61,723 nucleotides of DNA, filler included, from Chiloscyllium plagiosum (GCF_004010195.1; 4 parts of one record of this genome joined end to end with filler, not necessarily neighbours in it); one strand, 5' to 3'; positions 37,460 through 49,992 are shown, numbered from the whole stretch's first letter. Notes: generated by a model not told the origin, from the sequence alone. Numbers and translations are program-made.

Positions 37460-39315
37460 ATTCTGGATTAGTGGTGCGGAAGAGCACAGCAGTTCAGGCA
37501 GCATCCGAGGAGCAGTAAAATTGACAGTTCGGGCAAAAGCCCTTCATCAGGAATACAGGCAGAGACCCTGAAGGATGGAGAGATTAGTGAGAGGAGGGTG
37601 GGGTGGGGAGAAAGTAGCATAGAGTACAATAGGTGAATGGGGGAGTGGATGAAGGTGATAGGTCAGGGGGGAGGGTGGAGTGGATAGGTGGAAAAGGAGA
37701 TGGGCAGGTAGGANNNNNNNNNNNNNNNNNNNNNNNNNNNNNNNNNNNNNNNNNNNNNNNNNNNNNNNNNNNNNNNNNNNNNNNNNNNNNNNNNNNNNNN
37801 NNNNNNNNNNNNNNNNNNNNNNNNNNNNNNNNNNNNNNNNNNNNNNNNNNNNNNNNNNNNNNNNNNNNNNNNNNNNNNNNNNNNNNNNNNNNNNNNNNNN
37901 NNNNNNNNNNNNNNNNNNNNNNNNNNNNNNNNNNNNNNNNNNNNNNNNNNNNNNNNNNNNNNNNNNNNNNNNNNNNNNNNNNNNNNNNNNNNNNNNNNNN
38001 NNNNNNNNNNNNNNNNNNNNNNNNNNNNNNNNNNNNNNNNNNNNNNNNNNNNNNNNNNNNNNNNNNNNNNNNNNNNNNNNNNNNNNNNNNNNNNNNNNNN
38101 NNNNNNNNNNNNNNNNNNNNNNNNNNNNNNNNNNNNNNNNNNNNNNNNNNNNNNNNNNNNNNNNNNNNNNNNNNNNNNNNNNNNNNNNNNNNNNNNNNNN
38201 NNNNNNNNNNNNNNNNNNNNNNNNNNNNNNNNNNNNNNNNNNNNNNNNNNNNNNNNNNNNNNNNNNNNNNNNNNNNNNNNNNNNNNNNNNNNNNNNNNNN
38301 NNNNNNNNNNNNNNNNNNNNNNNNNNNNNNNNNNNNNNNNNNNNNNNNNNNNNNNNNNNNNNNNNNNNNNNNNNNNNNNNNNNNNNNNNNNNNNNNNNNN
38401 NNNNNNNNNNNNNNNNNNNNNNNNNNNNNNNNNNNNNNNNNNNNNNNNNNNNNNNNNNNNNNNNNNNNNNNNNNNNNNNNNNNNNNNNNNNNNNNNNNNN
38501 NNNNNNNNNNNNNNNNNNNNNNNNNNNNNNNNNNNNNNNNNNNNNNGTCCAGGAGGGGGAGGGAGGTGTCAGAGATGGTCCAGGTAAATTTAATTTCAGG
38601 GTGGAATGTGTTGGTGAAGTTGATGAATTGCTCAACCTCCTCGCGGGAGCATGAGGTGGCGCCAATGCAGTCATCAATGTAGCGGAGGAAGAGGTGGGGA
38701 GTGATGCCGGTGTAATTACGGAGGATCAACTGCTCTACGTAGCCAACAAAGAGACAGGCATAGCTGGGGCCCATACGTGTGCCCATGGCTACTCCTTTGG
38801 TCTGGAGGAAGTGGGAGGATTCAAAGGAGAAATTGTTAAGGGTGAGGACCAGTTCAGCCAAACGAATGAAAGTGTTGGTGGAAGGGTACTGTTGGGGACA
38901 TCGGGAGAAGAAGAAACGGAGGGCTTGGAGGCCTTGGTCATGGCGGATGGAGGTGTAGAGGGACTGGATATCCATGGTGAAGATGAGGTGTTGGGGGCCG
39001 TGGAAATGGAAGTCTTGGAGGAGGTGGAGGGCGTGGGTGGTGTCTCGAATATATGTGGGGAGATTCTGGACTAGGGGGGATAGGACAGTGTCGAGGTAGG
39101 TAGGGGTGAGTTCAGTGGGGCAGGAGCATGCTGAGACAATGGGTCGGCCAGGGTGGTCAGGCTTGTGGATCTTGGGAAGGAGGTAGAACCGGGCAGTGCG
39201 GGGTTCCTGGACTATGAGGTTAGAAGCTGTGGGTGGGAGATCTCCTGAGGTGATGAGGTTCTGTATGGTCTGGGAGATGATGGTTTGGTGATGGGGGCTG
39301 GGGTCATGGGGAGTG
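37460..39315 (-). mobile_element. Young PLE family A copy spanning a gap, with an uninterrupted RT core at 38547-39312
   Basis: FYLLPKIHKP..GRPIVS, FTMDIQSLYTSI, QTKGVAMGTRMGPSYACLF, FLRYIDD; pLTR at 37460-37713. Confidence 0.93.
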
Positions 39316-40004
39316 GGGTTACTGTAAGAAGTGCTCAAGCTGTTGTCAGCAGAGATTGATGATAAATTCATGAACTGGGATCTTTAATAATTATGCTCAA
39401 ATGGAATTAGGAATAAACAACGGCTAAAATTAGAGATTTTCCTGATTCAGTGCAAAGTAATCCTACAGTTTCAATCAGTGGGTCAGCATTCCCAGTGCGG
39501 CACATTCGAGCACAATACCAAATATGCAATACAGTCTATTTTGTTTAGATCTCAATTTTGACATGCTGTAGTACTCTGATTAAATGTTAGATAGATCAAC
39601 CATGATCTTATTGAATGGTGGAGCAGGTTTAAAGGGCTAAAAGGCTCACTCCTAGTTCTCATGTTCTTGGAGAGAATGAAAGAGCTTCATTCTCTGTATT
39701 TGGAGTCACAGAGTCATAGAGATGTATAGCACGGAAAGACACCCTGCAGTCTAACTCATCTACACTGACCAGGTATCCTTAATTAATCTATGATGTGGAG
39801 GAGCCAGTGTTGGACTGGGGTGGACAAAGTTAAAATCATACAACATCAGATTATAGCCTAAGAGGTTTACTTGAAAGCACTAGCTTTCTGAGTGCCACTC
39901 CTTCATCAAGTGATTGTGAAACAAGATCATAAGACACAGAATGTGTAGCAAAATATTAGAGTATCAAACACTTGAACTGAATATTGAACAAACTTAGATT
40001 GTTG

Positions 40005-40231
40005 AGGTAAAAACAATGACTGCAGATGCTGGAAACCAGATTCTGGATTAGTGGCGCTGGAAGAGCACAGCAGTTCAGGCAGCATCCAAGGAGCTTCGAA
40101 ATCGATGTTTCGGGCAAAAGCCCTTCATCAGGAATCCGGATTCCTGATGAAGGGCTTTTCTCGAAACGTTGATTTCGAAGCTCCTTGGATGCTGCCTGAA
40201 CTGCTGTGCTCTTCCAGCGCCACTAATCCAG
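40005..40231. mobile_element. Spacerless palindromic PLE family A insertion with two opposed hammerhead motifs and a 15-bp TSD
   Basis: Centre ggaatcc|ggattcc at 40137/40138; TSD aaacttagattgttg at 39990-40004 and 40232-40246. Confidence 0.92.
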
Positions 40232-41544
40232 AAACTTAGATTGTTGTTAAGTCTTTCATCTTTTAGAATGGGTTGCAGGTTTCAATTCATTAATAAGTAA
40301 ATCCCACAACTTCTTTTCAGTCACATTCTCGAGATAACTTAAGGTTTTATAAAAAAAAGTGACATCTCAGCTCAGACAATACATTAAAGGTGGGAGGTTA
40401 GAGTCTGTTTGCATCCCAATCTTGAGTCAGACTGGTTCTATTTCCAAAGTATGAATTTATAAAATGTTACATGTATTGACTGCCTGCAGATTGTGCACTT
40501 TTTGAACCAAATAGAATGTATCTGCAAATATAATTCTACAAATGCCAATTCTCTCCATGGACATATATGTGTGTGTGCATGCATGAGAGAAAGAGAGAGA
40601 GAGAGAGAGAGTGACCGTGTGCATGTGAGAGTGTGCATGTGTGTGTGCAGGTGAGAGACCATTGTTTGCGTGTGTGTGACCTTGGTAAAGTGTGTGTGTG
40701 AGTGTAATGGAGAGGGTGTGCATCTGGGTGTGAGTATGGGGCATGTATGTGTGTGTGCGTGAGAGAGAGCATATGTATGAGACAGGGTCTGCGTGAGTGT
40801 GTGAGTATATAAGAGTGTGTGCATGTGCACTTGTAAGTGTGAGAGAGTGCATAGTGTAGTCGGGTCACCTGTAGTGTGACATGAACGCAAGGTCCCAGTT
40901 GAGGCCATCCCCATGGGTACCGAACCCGGCTATCAACCTCTACTCGGCCACTCTGCATTGTTGCTTGTCCTGAAGCCCACTTGGAGGATGGTCACCCGAA
41001 TGTCCGAGCCCGAATGAGCCTGACTGCAGAAGCGTTCTCTGACTGGGAGGGAACATACCTGTCTGGTGATTGTTGCATGGTGTCTATTATCCATTGTCGT
41101 AGCGTCTGCTTGGTTTTGCCAATGTACTAGGCCTCAGGGCATCCTTGCCTACAGCGTATGAGAGAGACAACATTGGCCAAGTCACACAAATACCTGTCGC
41201 ATACACGGTGGGTGGTGTCCCCATGTGTAATGGTGCTATCCATGTCAACACTCTGACATGTATTGCAGTGGTTGCCATGACAGGGTTGTACAGTGTTGTG
41301 GTTGATATTGGCCTGAAAGCTGGGCAGTTGCAGCGAACAATAGTCTGTTTAAGGTATAGTGGTTGTTTAAAGGTGAGAAGTGGAGGCATAGGGAAGATCT
41401 TGATGAGGTGCTCATCCTCATCGATAATGCGTTGCAGCCTGTGAAGAACATGACGTAGTTTCTCCACTCCCGGGAAATACTGGACAACAAAGGATACCCT
41501 ATTGGTTGCATTCCATGTCTGTCTCCTGAGGAGGTCTTACTATA

Positions 41545-41895
41545 TAGAAAAAATATAGAATCCCTAATTATGGAAATTGTCTCTTCAGCCCAACAAGTCT
41601 ACACTGACCTCCCCAAAGACAACCCACCCAGACCCATTCCCCCACCCTGTATTTACCCCTGGCTAATGCACTTAATCTACACATTCCTGAACATCATGGG
41701 CAATTTAGCATGGCCAATTCACCTGACCTGCACATCTTTGAACTGTGGGAGGAAACTAGTGCACCTGGAGGAAACCCACGCAGACACGGGGAGAATGTGC
41801 AAACTCCACATGGACAGTCACCTGAGGCTTGAATCGAACTGGGTCCCTGACGGTGTGAGGCAGCAGTGTTAATCACTGAGCCACTGTGCTGACCC
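41545..41895 (-). mobile_element. HE1-type SINE
   Basis: Reverse complement of the HE1 head and body. Confidence 0.9.
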
Positions 41896-42284
41896 ACTGT
41901 GGCACATTGGAACTGGCGATCAATGAGTTGATCATTGCATCCTGCTCTTATGAGGGCATCCTTTAGCATCCTCAGGTGTCCGTCGCTTTCCTCCTTATCT
42001 GAACAGATCCCAAGTATGTGTAGGGCCTGTCTGTATGGGATGGCGGTTTTAATATGCTTAGGGTGAAAGCTAGAGAAGTGCAACATCATGAGGACATCCT
42101 CGGGCTTGTGGTAGAGTGAGGTACTTGGTGCCTGTCTTTGATGGAGATGCATGTTCCCAATAATAAGACATACCAAAGAGTAGCTCATCCTAAGTCTGAT
42201 GGTGGGATGAAACATATTGATTTCGCTGTGTAGTTGATTCAGTGACTCCTCACCATGGGTCCAGAGCAGGCTTTTCTTTAAAAC

Positions 42285-42556
42285 ATTGGTATCTTGAGAA
42301 TGTGACTTAAAGGAAGTTCTGGGATTTATATATTCATGAACTGAAACCTACAACCAATTCTAAAAGATGAAAGACCTAACAGTAATATAGGTTTGTTCAA
42401 TATCTCATTTCAGTTGCATGACACTGTAATCATTTGCTATAAATTCTGTATTGTATGATCCCATTTCACAGCTACCTGATGAAGGAGCAATGCTCTGAAA
42501 GCTTGTGCTTCCAAATAAACCTTTTGGACTATAACCTGGTGTTGTGTGATTTTCAA
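42285..42556 (+). mobile_element. PLE family B pLTR with hammerhead motif
   Basis: acCTGATGAAGGAGCaatGCTCTGAAAGCTTgtg ... ctggtgttgtgtgattttcaact. Confidence 0.8.
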
Positions 42557-43940
42557 CTAAATTAATCTCGTCCCATTTTCCAGCATGTGGCCCATATCCC
42601 TCCAAACCCTTCCTAATCATATAACCATCCAGATGCCTTTTAAATGTTGCAATTGTACCAGCCTCCACCATTTCCTCTGGCAGCTCATTCCATACATACA
42701 CCACCCTCTGTGTGAAAAAGTTGTCCCTTAGGTCCCTTTTATATCTTTTCCCTATCACTCTAAACCTACGCCCTCTAGTTCTGGGATCCCCCATCCCAGG
42801 AAAAATACGTTGTCTATTTATCCTAACCATGCTTCTCATGATTTTATAAACCTCTCTGAGGTCACCCTTTAGCCTCCAATGTTCCAGGGAAAACAGACTC
42901 AGCCTATTCCACCTTTCCCTATAATTCAAATCCTCCAACTCTGGCAACATCCTTGTAAATGTAGCCGGCCTGTCTCCCCAATATAGAGGAGGCCGCATCG
43001 GGTGCAATGGGGGAGACAGGCCGGCTACTTGTGGAGCGTTTCAGAGAACACCTCTTGGACACCCGGACCAACCAACTCAACTACCCTGTGGCTCAACACT
43101 TCAACTCCCCCTCCCACTCCACCAAGGATATGCAGGTCTTTGGACTCCTCCATCGCCAGACCACAACAACACGACGGTTGGAGGAAGAGCGCCTCATCTT
43201 CCGCCTAGGAACCCTCCAACCACAAGGGATGAACTCGGATTTCACCAGTTTCCTCATTTCCCCTCCCCCCACCTTGTCTCAGTCAAATCCATCAAAATCA
43301 GCACCGCCATCCTAACCTGCAATCTTCTTCCTGACCTCTCCGCCCCCACCCCAGTCTGACCTATCACCCTCACCTTGACCTCTTTCCACCTATCGCATTT
43401 CTGACGCCCCTCCCCCAAGTCCCTCCTCCCTACCTTTTATCTTAGCCTGCTGGACAAACTTTCCTCTTCTTGAAGAAGGGCTTATGCCCGAAACGTCGAT
43501 TCTCTTGTTCCCTGGATGCTGCCTGACCTGCTACGCTTTTCCAGCAACACATTTTCAGCTCTGATCTCCAGCATCTGCAGTCCTCACTTTCTCCTCTTTC
43601 AAGTTTCACAACATTCTTCCAATAGGAAGGAAATCAGAATTGCATGCAATATTCCAACAGTGGTCTAACCAATGTCCTGTACAGCCACAACATGACCTCC
43701 CATCTCCTACACTCGATGCTCTGACTAATAAAGGAAAGCATACCAAACGCCTTATTCACTATCCTATCTACCCGCAACTCCACTTTCAAGGAGCTATGAA
43801 CCTGCACCCCAAGGTCTCTTTGCTCAGCAACACTCCCCAGGACCTTACCATTAAGTGTATAATTCCTGCCCTGATTTGCCTTTCTAAAATGCAGCACTTC
43901 GCATGTATTTAAATTAAACTCCATCTGCCACTCCTAGGTA
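42557..43940 (-). mobile_element. CR1/HER1 3' part interrupted by a PLE
   Basis: MEFNLNTCEVLHF...LEYCMQF and FTRMLPELEDL...FFTQRVVYVWNELP. Confidence 0.9.
42961..43595 (+). mobile_element. Young PLE family A endonuclease and pLTR with a short 5' inversion
   Basis: GETGRLLVERFREHL...RRLEEERLIFRLGTLQPQGMN; 42961-43002 is inverted endonuclease sequence. Confidence 0.9.
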
Positions 43941-44400
43941 TATTGGCCCATATGATCCTTTAAGAATGTTGTAATTCTCTTATTTCTAACTTATTTTTTA
44001 TATACTGTAAGTAATGCTATGATTTTTCCTTTTATTCCTCTTTGTATACAGAAGTTGTTCCTAGGTACGTATACCTAAGATGGCACCATTAGAGACAGCC
44101 ATTGCAAAAGCTTTTCACTGTTCTCTTGTACTTCTGTATTGATGTACACGTGACAATAAAGGATATTCTATTCTATATGCTTTCTTTCTTTATTTCTATA
44201 TTTAATGATGTGGGACCTTTATTCTTCCATTAAGATGAAATGTTCAATCTAAGGCCTAAATTCTGGGAGTGAAGACATATTCATGCAGTTGGAACACATG
44301 GTGGTCAGTGCTATGGTAAATCTGGTTACTGCAGCTTCAGAGGTTGCTGATCTATCAGATCAATTGTTTGGGGATTATGGCATAATTTTTCAATTTGTAA

Positions 44401-45151
44401 TGTTATGAAGTTGAAGGCACGTGCTGTACCTTTAAGAGAGAGTGAATGCCGTTCTGCACTGAGAGCTTATAAGCACCTGTGTATTGAGTAGATGGCGATC
44501 TCAGAGTGTACGAAAAGTTAAAATATGTAACATTTGACTGTGAAATGGATACCTGAGTTGACTGCTGTTTTGACTACAATTCAAATTTAACCAATCAGTT
44601 TAAATTATGTCCCAAGACACTAAAACCCAATTGAATTTGAATTTATTGTTTTGTCAACATTGAACCAATGAGATGATCCGATGCTGGGGATATAAAGAAA
44701 GGCAGGTACTTTGAAAATCGTACAGAGCAACTGCTATCAACACAAATTCAAGAAATTAGGAAACAGTCTCTATCAAAGGTACCTTTTCATATGAAACATA
44801 CTCAGTAAAAAGAAGGAAGACAACCCAGGAAGATTTTCAGTCGGAAGAAGAGGCTCTGATGACAACAGCCGTTTTAAATTAAATTGATGTAAGTTTAATA
44901 AATGTTTTGTTGGAACAGTATATTGTTATAGAGTTGGAAGCAGGTAATAAGCAGTTAAGAGAAAGGGGGACTTAGAATTGTGAATGGTTGTTGCTTAATG
45001 TTCACTTTTAGAGTTAGAGAATAAATTGATATTATTTTCTTTAAATAGTGGAATTTGGGAGTTCTCTGTCAGTCAAATTTTAACAAAGTTAGATGAGCTT
45101 TTCTAGGTGTTTAGTTTAATTAACAGAAGGGTACACAGCCATGTTGTAACA
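44401..45151 (+). mobile_element. 751-bp solo LTR with 4-bp TSD
   Basis: gtaa-TGTTATGA...TTGTAACA-gtaa; CCAAT motifs near 44591 and 44665, TATAAA near 44691, AATAAA near 44897 and 45020. Confidence 0.85.
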
Positions 45152-45633
45152 GTAATCAAGGGTTAATTTCCCTGACAGCCTAAGATTTAACAGATGCAAG
45201 TTAAGGTTAATAATTTCACTTCAGATAAATTTGTGCATTACAGGTCCATCAATGGAAATAAATAAAATGAAATTCACAAGGCATATTGCACCATTTAACA
45301 AATCTTAAACAGCTCAATAGCACTTCATCAGTATAAACATCCTCTATCCAATTATGACACGTAAGAAACTCCTTCAAAAAATGCACAACGAAGATTCTGA
45401 ACAGCAATGTCAAGGAGGAGGAAAGGGTGTGAAGAATTAAGAGAGAGTGAAAGGCTCAAACTTTGAATGTTATTGGGTGTGCTATCCCTTTAGCAGAGGG
45501 GCGGAGCTTGTGGTCCAGTCTCGAAGCTGCTGTGAAGATGTGAACATTGTCAATAAAGTGTCCCTGTTTGGATTTGCCATTCATCCATCCTACATTTAAT
45601 TCCCAGTTCTACAGGAAGCATCAAAATAACAAT

Positions 45634-45651
45634 TGGCGATAAGGATGGAAC
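45634..45651 (+). promoter_or_regulatory. Primer-binding site, tRNA-Ser-like
   Basis: tggcgataaggatgg, 2 nt after the LTR; resembles TGGCGACGAGGATGG, the complement of the tRNA-Ser(GCT) 3' end. Confidence 0.65.
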
Positions 45652-46651
45652 CCGTCCCACAAAGTGATGCAAATGCTACTTTTATTTTTGTCTGGGGGAG
45701 ATGTTGCTTGGACTTTGGAAATGGCATGGGTTTAAGGCGGTAGTGTCGAGGGAAGTGGTTATGAGGGGACTTGGGCTGCCGTCGATACCAAGAAAGAAAG
45801 CACTCTCCAGGGAATGGACTGAGAGTGGCAGTCGTGAGGTGACACAGGTTGCCAGCTGAAGAAGAGACGATGGACCTGAAAGCTACCATAGTCATCGTGG
45901 ACGGAGGTCATAAGGGGACTCAGGCACTGGGCAGCACCAGGATGGTACAGTACTCTAGCACAGCTGGTGAGGGAGCCACTGACAGGTTAGTGTTCACTGA
46001 CGGAACTCAGCTGCGAACTGCTACTAGACCCAAGTCATGGGAAAAATTCCTGCCAGCAGGAAAACCAAATGGCAGGCTAATTTGGGGCAATGGGACAATT
46101 TGATGAAGAGTCAGAAAATTGGACTTTATACATGGATTGCTTTAAATCATTCCTAAAATAGAAAGTAGCTGAGGACATCATGGTACTGGTGTGCTTAATA
46201 CCAGTGAATCTGAAGAGCCTGGTGCAACCAGAGAAATCCATGGAGAAAGACATTCCAAGATGCAATGGATCAACTATTGGTGAAGAACTGCCATTGCTGC
46301 ACAGGCAGCAGCATGTCATCAGAGCCAAAGGTCAAGAAGACCGGTCAAGAAGACAACTTAACCCACTCTTGAAATCTGGACTTCGAATCTTTGGAATTTT
46401 ACTTATCTTGTCTGCTATGTATGTATCTCTTCAGGAGAACTGGTTACATGCCCTGAAGGTGCAGAGCTTATGGTCCAGTCTTTGTGTGGCAAGAATGGCC
46501 ACAGTGAGTCAATGTGTTGGACTTGAGAAATGCCGCAGTTGTCAGTGAGTGGGTCATATTGCCCCGAATTGCCAAGTGCAATGCAAACAAGAGAAGAGGA
46601 TTCAGAAAGAAAAAACCCTGAGGACTAGGCCGAAGGTACATGCCACCAACC

Positions 46652-46748
46652 AGAGAGTAGTCAAAAAGTGTGGTGCAGGAAAAGCACAGCTGGTCAGACA
46701 GCATGCAAGAGCAGGAGGGTTGATATTTAGATCATAAGCTCTTCATCC
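46652..46748 (-). mobile_element. Old PLE family A mini-insertion in Gypsy gag
   Basis: agtcaaaaagtgtggtgcaggaaaagcacagc...agctcttcat. Confidence 0.7.
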
Positions 46749-46844
46749 AGCCAGGGATTAGGCAACTATGCCTGTGGAAGGAGCAGAAAGAGCTCAGAAG
46801 AGTTTCAGTTAAACATACTGTCTGTATGGGGTGAAGCTAATCAT

Positions 46845-47157
46845 TTAGATTAGATTAGATTCCTTACAGGGTGGAAACAGGCCCTTCAGCCCAACTAGTC
46901 CATGCCAACCCTCTGAAGAGTAACCCACTCAGACCCATTCCCCCTAACTAATACACCTAACTCTACAGGCATGACCAATTCACCTGACCTGCACATCTTT
47001 TGACTGTGGGAGGAAACCAGAGCACCCGGAGGAAACCAACACAGACACGGTGAGAATGTGTAAACTCCACACAGACAGTTGCCCGAGGCAGGAATCGAAC
47101 CTGGGTCCTTGGCACTGTGAGGCAGCAGTGCTAACCACTGAGCCACCGTGCTGCCCC
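46845..47157 (-). mobile_element. HE1-type SINE
   Basis: (ttaga)n tail plus reverse-complement tRNA head. Confidence 0.9.
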
Positions 47158-48560
47158 ATAATAGCAGAGTTCTTCCATAATAGCAGGGCAAGACAGTTGA
47201 AATGGAAGTTGATATGGGCAGAGTGGTGTCCCTGATTCTGGAATCAGTCTATAAGGAGAAATTGAGGGCACTGCCATAGATGCCTACCAAGATTATACTA
47301 CAGATGTACACGGAACAAGTGGTGCCACTGAAGAGCCAAGTATTAGTGAAAGTGGAGTTAAAAGACCAGTGCGCATAATTGTCACTTCATGCAGTAAAAT
47401 GTGAATACCTTGCATTATTTGAATGCTCCTGATTGCAAAAATTATGTCTGAAGTCTGGGACGTGGTTAATAAGCTGGAAAACTCAAAAATGAGCTTTTGA
47501 GAGACCCTGGACAAGTGCAAAGGTGTTTTCAAAGGAATCGGGGGGAAAAGAAAGAATTCAAAACTAAATTAAAACTGAAGTCAGAGGGTCATTCTCAGTC
47601 TGAATGATGTCCGTACTGTATGCCATCCAGCCTGAAGTGGATCCAGAAGTGGAAGGGCTTGGAACCAGCAAGCATCAATGAATGGGTTACTCCCATCATC
47701 CTGGTCTTAAAACAGATGGCATGCTGGGAATTTGTAGTGACTTTAAGGTCGCAGTCAACCTGCAACCCCAATTGCAGATCAGTACCTCCTTCCACTCACA
47801 GAAGACTTATTCATTGGACTGGCAAGGGGAAAGAAACTTTCAAAAATGAATCTGTCACAGGTCTACCTACAGGTGGGGGTGGCAAAGGAGTTTCAGTCAA
47901 CATTGACGATAGTGACACACAGGGGATTGACCACGACAAGTGACTTTCTTTTGGCATTATGTCTGTGCCGGCTCAGTTCCAAAGGGCTGGGAATCAAATA
48001 TTAATTAGGTTGTCCAGAGTCCAGAGTTATGGATGATATTTTACTCACTGGATCCTCCGGAGAGAAGCATTTAAAGAATCTAGAAGGAGCCCTAGACTGC
48101 AGGAAAAGGGACTACAGATAAGTAGAGAGAAATATAAGCTTTAAAAACCCCATCGGGTACTAGGGCCATGATGGCAAGAGACGACAGAAGGCACTCAGGA
48201 GGATGGGCACTATCATGAAGGCTCCTAGACCACAGAATGTGTCTCAATCGTGATCATTCTTGGAACTTGTAAATTACTATGGCAACTTTGCATCTGATCT
48301 GGCAACCATACATTGGTTCCTGGGAAAAGGCGGCCATGGAAATAGACCCAGAAATGTGAGGTGGCTTACCTGGAGTTGAAGCAAATGGGAAGCGTTAATG
48401 CACTTGGACTTGGAGTTACCATTAAAGTTCACGTGTGACACCTTGCCTTCAGGGGCCAGTGATGTTCTGTTGCACATCTTACTGAATGGAGAGGAAAGGC
48501 TTGTTGCATTTTCATTGAAGTCAGAAACAAGATGGAGGGGAAATATGCTGTCACAAAGTT

Positions 48561-48756
48561 ATGACTTGGAGATGCCAGTGTTGGACTGGGGTGTACAAAG
48601 TTAAAAATCTCATAACACCAGGTTATAGTTCAACAGGTTTAATTGGAAGCACTAGCTTTTGGAGCGTCGCTCCTTCATCAGGTGATAGTGGAGGGCTCAA
48701 TCCTAACACACAGAATTTATAGCAAAAATTTACAGTGTGATTTAACTGAAATTTAA
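48561..48756 (-). mobile_element. PLE family B pLTR with hammerhead motif at 48650-48685
   Basis: Reverse complement cac-CTGATGA-a-GGAGCgacGCTCC-aAAA-gc-TA^gtg. Confidence 0.85.
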
Positions 48757-49232
48757 CTGAAGAGTTCAGAAAAGATTTCCAAGGATGTTGCCAGAGTTGG
48801 AGGGTTTGAGCTATAGGGAGAGGCTGAATAGGCTGGGGCTGTTTTCCACGGGTTGTCGGAGGCTAAGGGGTGACCTTATGGACGTTTATAAAATCATGAC
48901 GAGCATGAATAGGATAAATAGACAAGGTTTATCTCTGGGGTGGGGGAGTCCAGAACGAGAGGGCAAGAGAGGAAAGATTTAAAAGGGACTGAAGGGGCAA
49001 CATTTTTATGCAAAGTGTAATGCGTGTATGGAATGAGCTGCCAGAGGAAGTGGTGGAGGCTGGTACATTTATAGCATTTAAAAGGCATCTGGATGGGTAT
49101 ATGAATAGGAAGGGTTTAGAGGGAAGGGGGCCATGTTCTGGCAAATAGGACTAGATTAGGTTAGGATATTTGGTCGGCATAGATGAGTTTGACTGAAGGG
49201 TCTGTTTCGGTGCTGTACATCTCTATGACTCT
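48757..49232 (+). mobile_element. CR1/HER1 3' end
   Basis: MLPELEGLSYRERLNRLGLFS; tail ctctatgactct. Confidence 0.9.
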
Positions 49233-49559
49233 CATGCAGACAGGCGGAGAAACAGGCAATGCAGATACCCTATTAAGATTGTCACTACCAGGGAATAAAG
49301 ATGTTCCTGATTGGAAACTGAAAATTTTATACTTTTCTCAGGATGAAAGGGAACTGATGTCAATGAATCAGCTGCAGAGTGCTTTTCAGAACAACTTGGG
49401 TTTAAGATGAATGGTGGACTTAGTTGTGAGAAGGAGGACTAGCCACAGAAATCACCCAGAATTGTGCCCTTACCTATCTAGAGGTTGGAATTGTCTGTAA
49501 GGGATGGGTGTTTAATGTGAGGAATGAGAGTTATTATTCTTCTCCTGTTAAGAAGAAGA

Positions 49560-49992
49560 GGCTGGATAAGCTGGAGCATCGGAGTTGAAGGGTGACCTTA
49601 TGGATGTTTATAAAATCATTTAAGGGCATAGGTAAGATGAAGAGGAATGTTCTTTTTCCTAAGATTGGAGAGTTCAATATTAGCAAACCTCAGTTTTAAG
49701 GTGAGATGGAAATGACTTAACAGGGACCTGAGGGGCAATTTGTTCACACAGAGGGTGGTTCGTATGTGAATGAACCCACCTACCCTGCATATCCTTGGAT
49801 ACTATGGGCAATTTCCCATGGCCAGTCCATCTAACTGCATGACTTTGGACTGTGAGAGGAAACTGAGTATCCCGAGGGTACCCACACAGACAAGGAAGAA
49901 TGGCCACACAGACAGTTGCCCGAGGGTGGAATCAAACCCAGATTCTTGGCAGCAATGAGGCAGCAATGCTAACCATTGAGCCATTCTGCCAC
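49560..49992. mobile_element. CR1 fragment (+, 49560-49771) abutting an old HE1-like SINE (-, 49772-49992)
   Basis: GDLMDVYKII and FTQRVVR motifs; reverse-complement SINE head. Confidence 0.75.

Larger units (their letters stand above)
39790..42150 (-). mobile_element. PLE family B (Neptune-like): RT C-terminus, Cys linker, GIY-YIG, CA-rich spacer, pLTR
   Basis: LYHKP...SSFHPKHIKTAIPYRQAL; CHGNHCNTC linker; LIRCRQGCPEA*YIGKT; hosts an HE1 SINE and the 40005 palindrome. Confidence 0.88.
45468..49560 (+). mobile_element. Decayed Gypsy (Mag-like) LTR retrotransposon: 5' LTR, PBS, gag, PR, RT, RNase H
   Basis: LTR TGTTATT...AATAACA (45468-45631); gag GQFDEESENWTLYM and zinc knuckle CRSCQ*VGHIAPNC; PR MEVDMG; RT DFKVAVN and MDDILLTG; RH TCD...ERLVAFS; NADTLLRL. 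Confidence 0.85.

Noticed and set aside
37547..39371. Long ORFs (up to 595 aa) crossing N gaps, also at 55151-56029
   Set aside because: Length is inflated by X residues; only the PLE RT and CR1 parts are real.
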